DNA of 63,358 nt, filler included, from Olpidium bornovanus S191 (lineage: Eukaryota > Fungi > Olpidiomycota): NCBI GenBank assembly GCA_017911155.1. It is 32 parts of 32 records of this genome, joined end to end, with 100 filler letters (N's around TTAATTAATTAA, not from the genome) between each part and the next. Parts side by side here need not be neighbours in the genome. Positions count along the whole stretch, not along the records: positions 58,472 to 60,799 come from JAEFCI010006643.1; positions 60,900 to 63,358 come from JAEFCI010008647.1; 30 more parts are not named here. One strand, written 5' to 3'. A program made the position numbers and the translations under genes. Positions 59,861 through 63,358 of the stretch are shown one piece after another. Position 1 is the first letter of the stretch; each line of letters opens with the position of its first letter. The notes under the pieces are model-generated. The model did not search any database, was not told the origin of the DNA, and saw nothing but the letters and a program-made list of their open reading frames with translations.

Positions 59861-60540
59861 CGCCGCGCGAGTTTTCGGTTACCGCGATTTTGCCCGGAAG
59901 GGGGGACAACCGCGCAAAAAAGCGGCGGGTGGGGAAGTGTGGGGGTTTGGGAGGAGGGGGTGTGGAGGGGTTGGCGTTTGCCGGGTTGCTCGCTGGCTGG
60001 CCCAGTCGTCTGCGACCATTCTCAAGGTCAGTTGGAAAATGCCAGTCAGCAAAGAATTCAGGCAGGGGGTGAGAACCGGGAGGGTTGGGCACGATCGGAC
60101 CGGTTTAAGAAAACGAAAAAAAAAAAAAAAAACAAAAAAACCGACCTGACGGACGACAAGGAAGCGGGAAAAAAAAGAAAAGAACAAAAAAGATGAAAAG
60201 ATAGTCGACGCGGAATCCGACGGGGTGGCGGCCGCCGCAAAACGACGAAAACCTCCCGGGAGAAAGAGGCGGCAGACGGGCAATCTTCCCCTTTCCCCCC
60301 CCCCCCCCCCCACCCCCCACCAGCGGCCTCTTCCCTTACCCCGCCCTCCACCCTTCCTCCCCCCCCTCCGACCCCGCGCGAACGTTCAACATCACGGATA
60401 TAAAGAAAACAGCGCCCCCCCCCGCGATCACGATATTGGGCCGGCCCCCGTCGGCACCCGAGCCCCAGCCGTCCGTCATCTCGCGCGTCCCGCCTGGAAC
60501 GTCGCCGGCGACGGAAACGTCGCCAAAATTTATGCCGTGA

Positions 60541-60799
60541 AAAAAAAAAAACCAAAAAAAACCAAAAAAAACCAAAAAAAATCAAAAAAAAAACCAAAAA
60601 AAAACCAAAAAAAAACCAAAAAAAAACCAAAAAAAAACCAAAAAAAAACCAAAAAAAAAAAAAACCAAAAAAAAACCAAAAAAAAAACCAAAAAAAACCA
60701 AAAAAAACCAAAAAAAACCAAAAAAAACCAAAAAAAACCAAAAAAAACCAAAAAAAACCAAAAAAAACCAAAAAAAACCAAAAAAAACCAAAAAAAACC
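60541..60799. repeat. (A7-8CC)n low-complexity tandem repeat running into contig end
   Basis: Regular 10-nt period aaaaaaacca over 60680-60799, degenerate upstream. Confidence 0.85.
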
Positions 60800-60960
60800 N
60801 NNNNNNNNNNNNNNNNNNNNNNNNNNNNNNNNNNNNNNNNNNNTTAATTAATTAANNNNNNNNNNNNNNNNNNNNNNNNNNNNNNNNNNNNNNNNNNNNG
60901 AAGAGGGAAAAAGTCTTACATTGCTGTCACCCGGACCACCCTGGTTGCGGTCGAACACAG

Positions 60961-62738
60961 TTGTTGATGCTCGCGTGGAAGTGGGGCCCGGCCCTCGCCG
61001 CCGGCAACACCATTGTCATGAAAACCTCTGAAAAGACCCCCCTTACTGCGTTGTACGTATGCCGCCTTGCCGCCGAAGCCGGCTTCCCGGCCGGCGTAAT
61101 AAACGGTAAGAAACCACACGGCTGTGACACGTTCAGAAACGGAATGTACTCGCTGTTGTTTTGGGTTGAGATTCGCCTGTTATGCCCGGGGACGGATTGT
61201 TTTCGCTGTTACTTTGGATTGAATTCTGCCTGTCACAGCGGAAGCGGAGCGTTTTTTGCTGTTACCTTTGGATTAAAATTCGCATGTCACACCGGGACGG
61301 AATGTTTTTGTTGTTACTTTGAATTTCGCCTTTGCACGGTTTTAAACCAGTGCTATCCGGCTTTGGACCCACTGCGGGAAACGCCGTGAGCTCCCACATG
61401 GACATCAGGAAGGTCGCTTTCACGGGGTCTACCAGGGCCGGCAAACAAGTCATGGCCGCCGCGGCATCCTCCAACCTGAAGAAGGTCTCTTTAGAGCTTG
61501 GCGGGAAAAGCCCTTCCATCGTGTTTGCGGATGCGGATCTCGACCGGGCGGTCAGATCGACGTCCATGGGCATCTTCTTCAATCACGGGCAATGCTGCTG
61601 CGCGGGATCCCGGGTATTCGTGCACGAGGATATTTACGACGAGTTTGTGCGGCGCTTCCGTGAGCATGCGCGGGACATCCGTGTCGGCGACCAGCTCGAC
61701 GACTCTACCGATCACGGACCGCTGGTCGACGGGATCCAGTTTCATCGCGTCATGGGCTACATTGAAAAGGTTCTGGTCCCCCTCACCCAACCCCTTTTTT
61801 CCCAACCTGCAGATCGTGGATTCGTCTCATCCATGGCCATTCCGCTAACTTTTTTTTGCTTTGCTTTGCAATTCTTCCTCCGTTATTTTTGGTTCAAAGG
61901 GCAAGGACGAAGGCGCCACTGTTGAGATCGGCGGCGAGCGCGTTGGCGCCGAGGGATACTTCGTGCCGCCGACGGTCTTCTCCAGCGTCGACGACGAGAT
62001 GACCATTGCGCAGGAAGAGATTTTTGGTCCGGTTGCTTGCTTACTCAAGTTCAAAACCGAGGACGAGGTCGTAAAGCGCGCCAACGCCACCGAATACGGC
62101 CTCGCCGCGTCCGTCCACACCAATGACGTCAAGCTCGCTTCCCGCATGGCCGCTCGACTCGAGGCCGGGACCGTCTGGATCAACTGGTTAGTTATCCCCC
62201 GCGATAAAGACAATTTCGGGTTAGGCGTCCGTCCCTTTTCTTCGAACACGAAAGTGACATCGGCTTCTGGTCGTTCCCTCTTGAACGCCGGCCGAAACAA
62301 ATTCTATTTTGTCAGCCACGCAAGTGCCGCCCTTTAATTGCGTCCGTTTTGCAAAACGTGAAAGGAACCTGTCTCACATTTTGGAGTTCCTTGCTGCTTC
62401 CTTCCGTCTTTCAGAATGGTACGTGTGATATGATTTCATTGCACTTGTTTGGCGTAGATGTGATCTCTCTCCGTGACGACGGCGCGACGACATATGTTTG
62501 ATTAAATGATCCAACGTAAAATTTGCGGACAATAGTACTCAGCGAGCAGGTTCCGTTCGGAGGATTCAAGCAGTCTGGCTCTGGCCGCGAGCTTGGAGAG
62601 GAAGGCCTTTACGAGTACACGGAAGTCAAGTCGGTGATCATGGTGAGTTGTGCTTGACATGTACTTTTTGTCCCCACCCGCTCCTCTTACGCCTGTCATT
62701 TCGATGAATTAACCGGCTTGACGCAGAACCTGGAGTAG
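60961..62738 (+). CDS. Aldehyde dehydrogenase (Ald4/5, ALDH2-like), 5' truncated, with two 4-nt microexons
   Basis: [73 protein letters not shown]|NLE-stop. Confidence 0.96.
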
Positions 62739-63358
62739 GCGGAAGGTGCACCCAAAGGTCGCGTGTACAATTTTTTTTTTGGTTTCTGCCCCTCAAAAAA
62801 AATGAAAAGAAAATTACCAAGGGAAGCGGGAGGGGGGAAGCATTGCTGCCCCATTCGCGCGGTGACTCCTCCCAGAACTCTATCCCCTAAATTCTCAGTG
62901 TGATTCTTGGATATTTTTTTTTAGCCGGTCATCACCGGCGGAAGATTTCGAGTCCTCCCAAGCGAAGCGCGCGTCCTGCGAATTGGTATAACTATTTGAA
63001 GTGCGCGATTTCTGAACGACGGACGTGGAACCAAAGGAGACAAAGGAAGACGAGTGCACAATGGAGGGACCAAGGATGGAGGGCGGAGAAGGCGGACGGC
63101 GGGGACGCCGGAGACTGCACTGCGCAGTTCGGAACGCTGTTGAGTTTCTACAGGCTTTTCGGTTTGTTTTGTGTGGCGTCGGCGTGCGGGATTTACAGGG
63201 GGAAGAAAGGAGGGATGATTCCCGCAGGAGTCTGCGCTACCGGCTACGTCCGACCCCCTTTCCCTCTTTTTTCCAACAGGATGATAGGGGGGAGAGAGAG
63301 CGAGGCTTGTGTGCGCCGCTTGGAGCGAGGCATGGTCTGGACCGAATAAACATCGACA

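Overview
This is not a continuous locus. It is 32 short eukaryotic contigs (about 1.1-4.7 kb) joined by 31 identical artificial 100-bp linkers (N44-TTAATTAATTAA-N44, stops in all six frames), so gene neighbourhood across linkers carries no biological meaning. The DNA is GC-rich, intron-dense and full of homopolymer runs. Fungal-type genes (HAL-family kinase, Tao3/Mor2, Met12, Hrp1, Ric1, Glc3, Ado1) occur alongside ciliary genes (IFT140, CFAP96/C4orf47, LRRC34-like) and an E2F. That combination points to a zoosporic early-diverging fungus; Olpidium-like is my inference and is not proven. About 25 partial protein-coding genes and several decayed Ty1/copia and Ty3/gypsy pieces with very short LTRs can be read. 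I found no rRNA, tRNA or CRISPR array, and no multi-gene novel system is supportable given the fragmentation. The best leads are: two consecutive 4-nt microexons (one with a GC donor) in an ALDH gene; a bacterial/plant-type M49 peptidase; an MLL/Trr-like PHD cassette; an E2F with a ~280-aa insert between its DNA-binding and dimerisation domains; a GT37-like fucosyltransferase; an N-acylation-type formin; an 89-bp LTR with 19-bp terminal inverted repeats; a nested copia with a half-tRNA primer site; and a ~78-bp dispersed element. All family assignments come from remembered motifs, not database searches.
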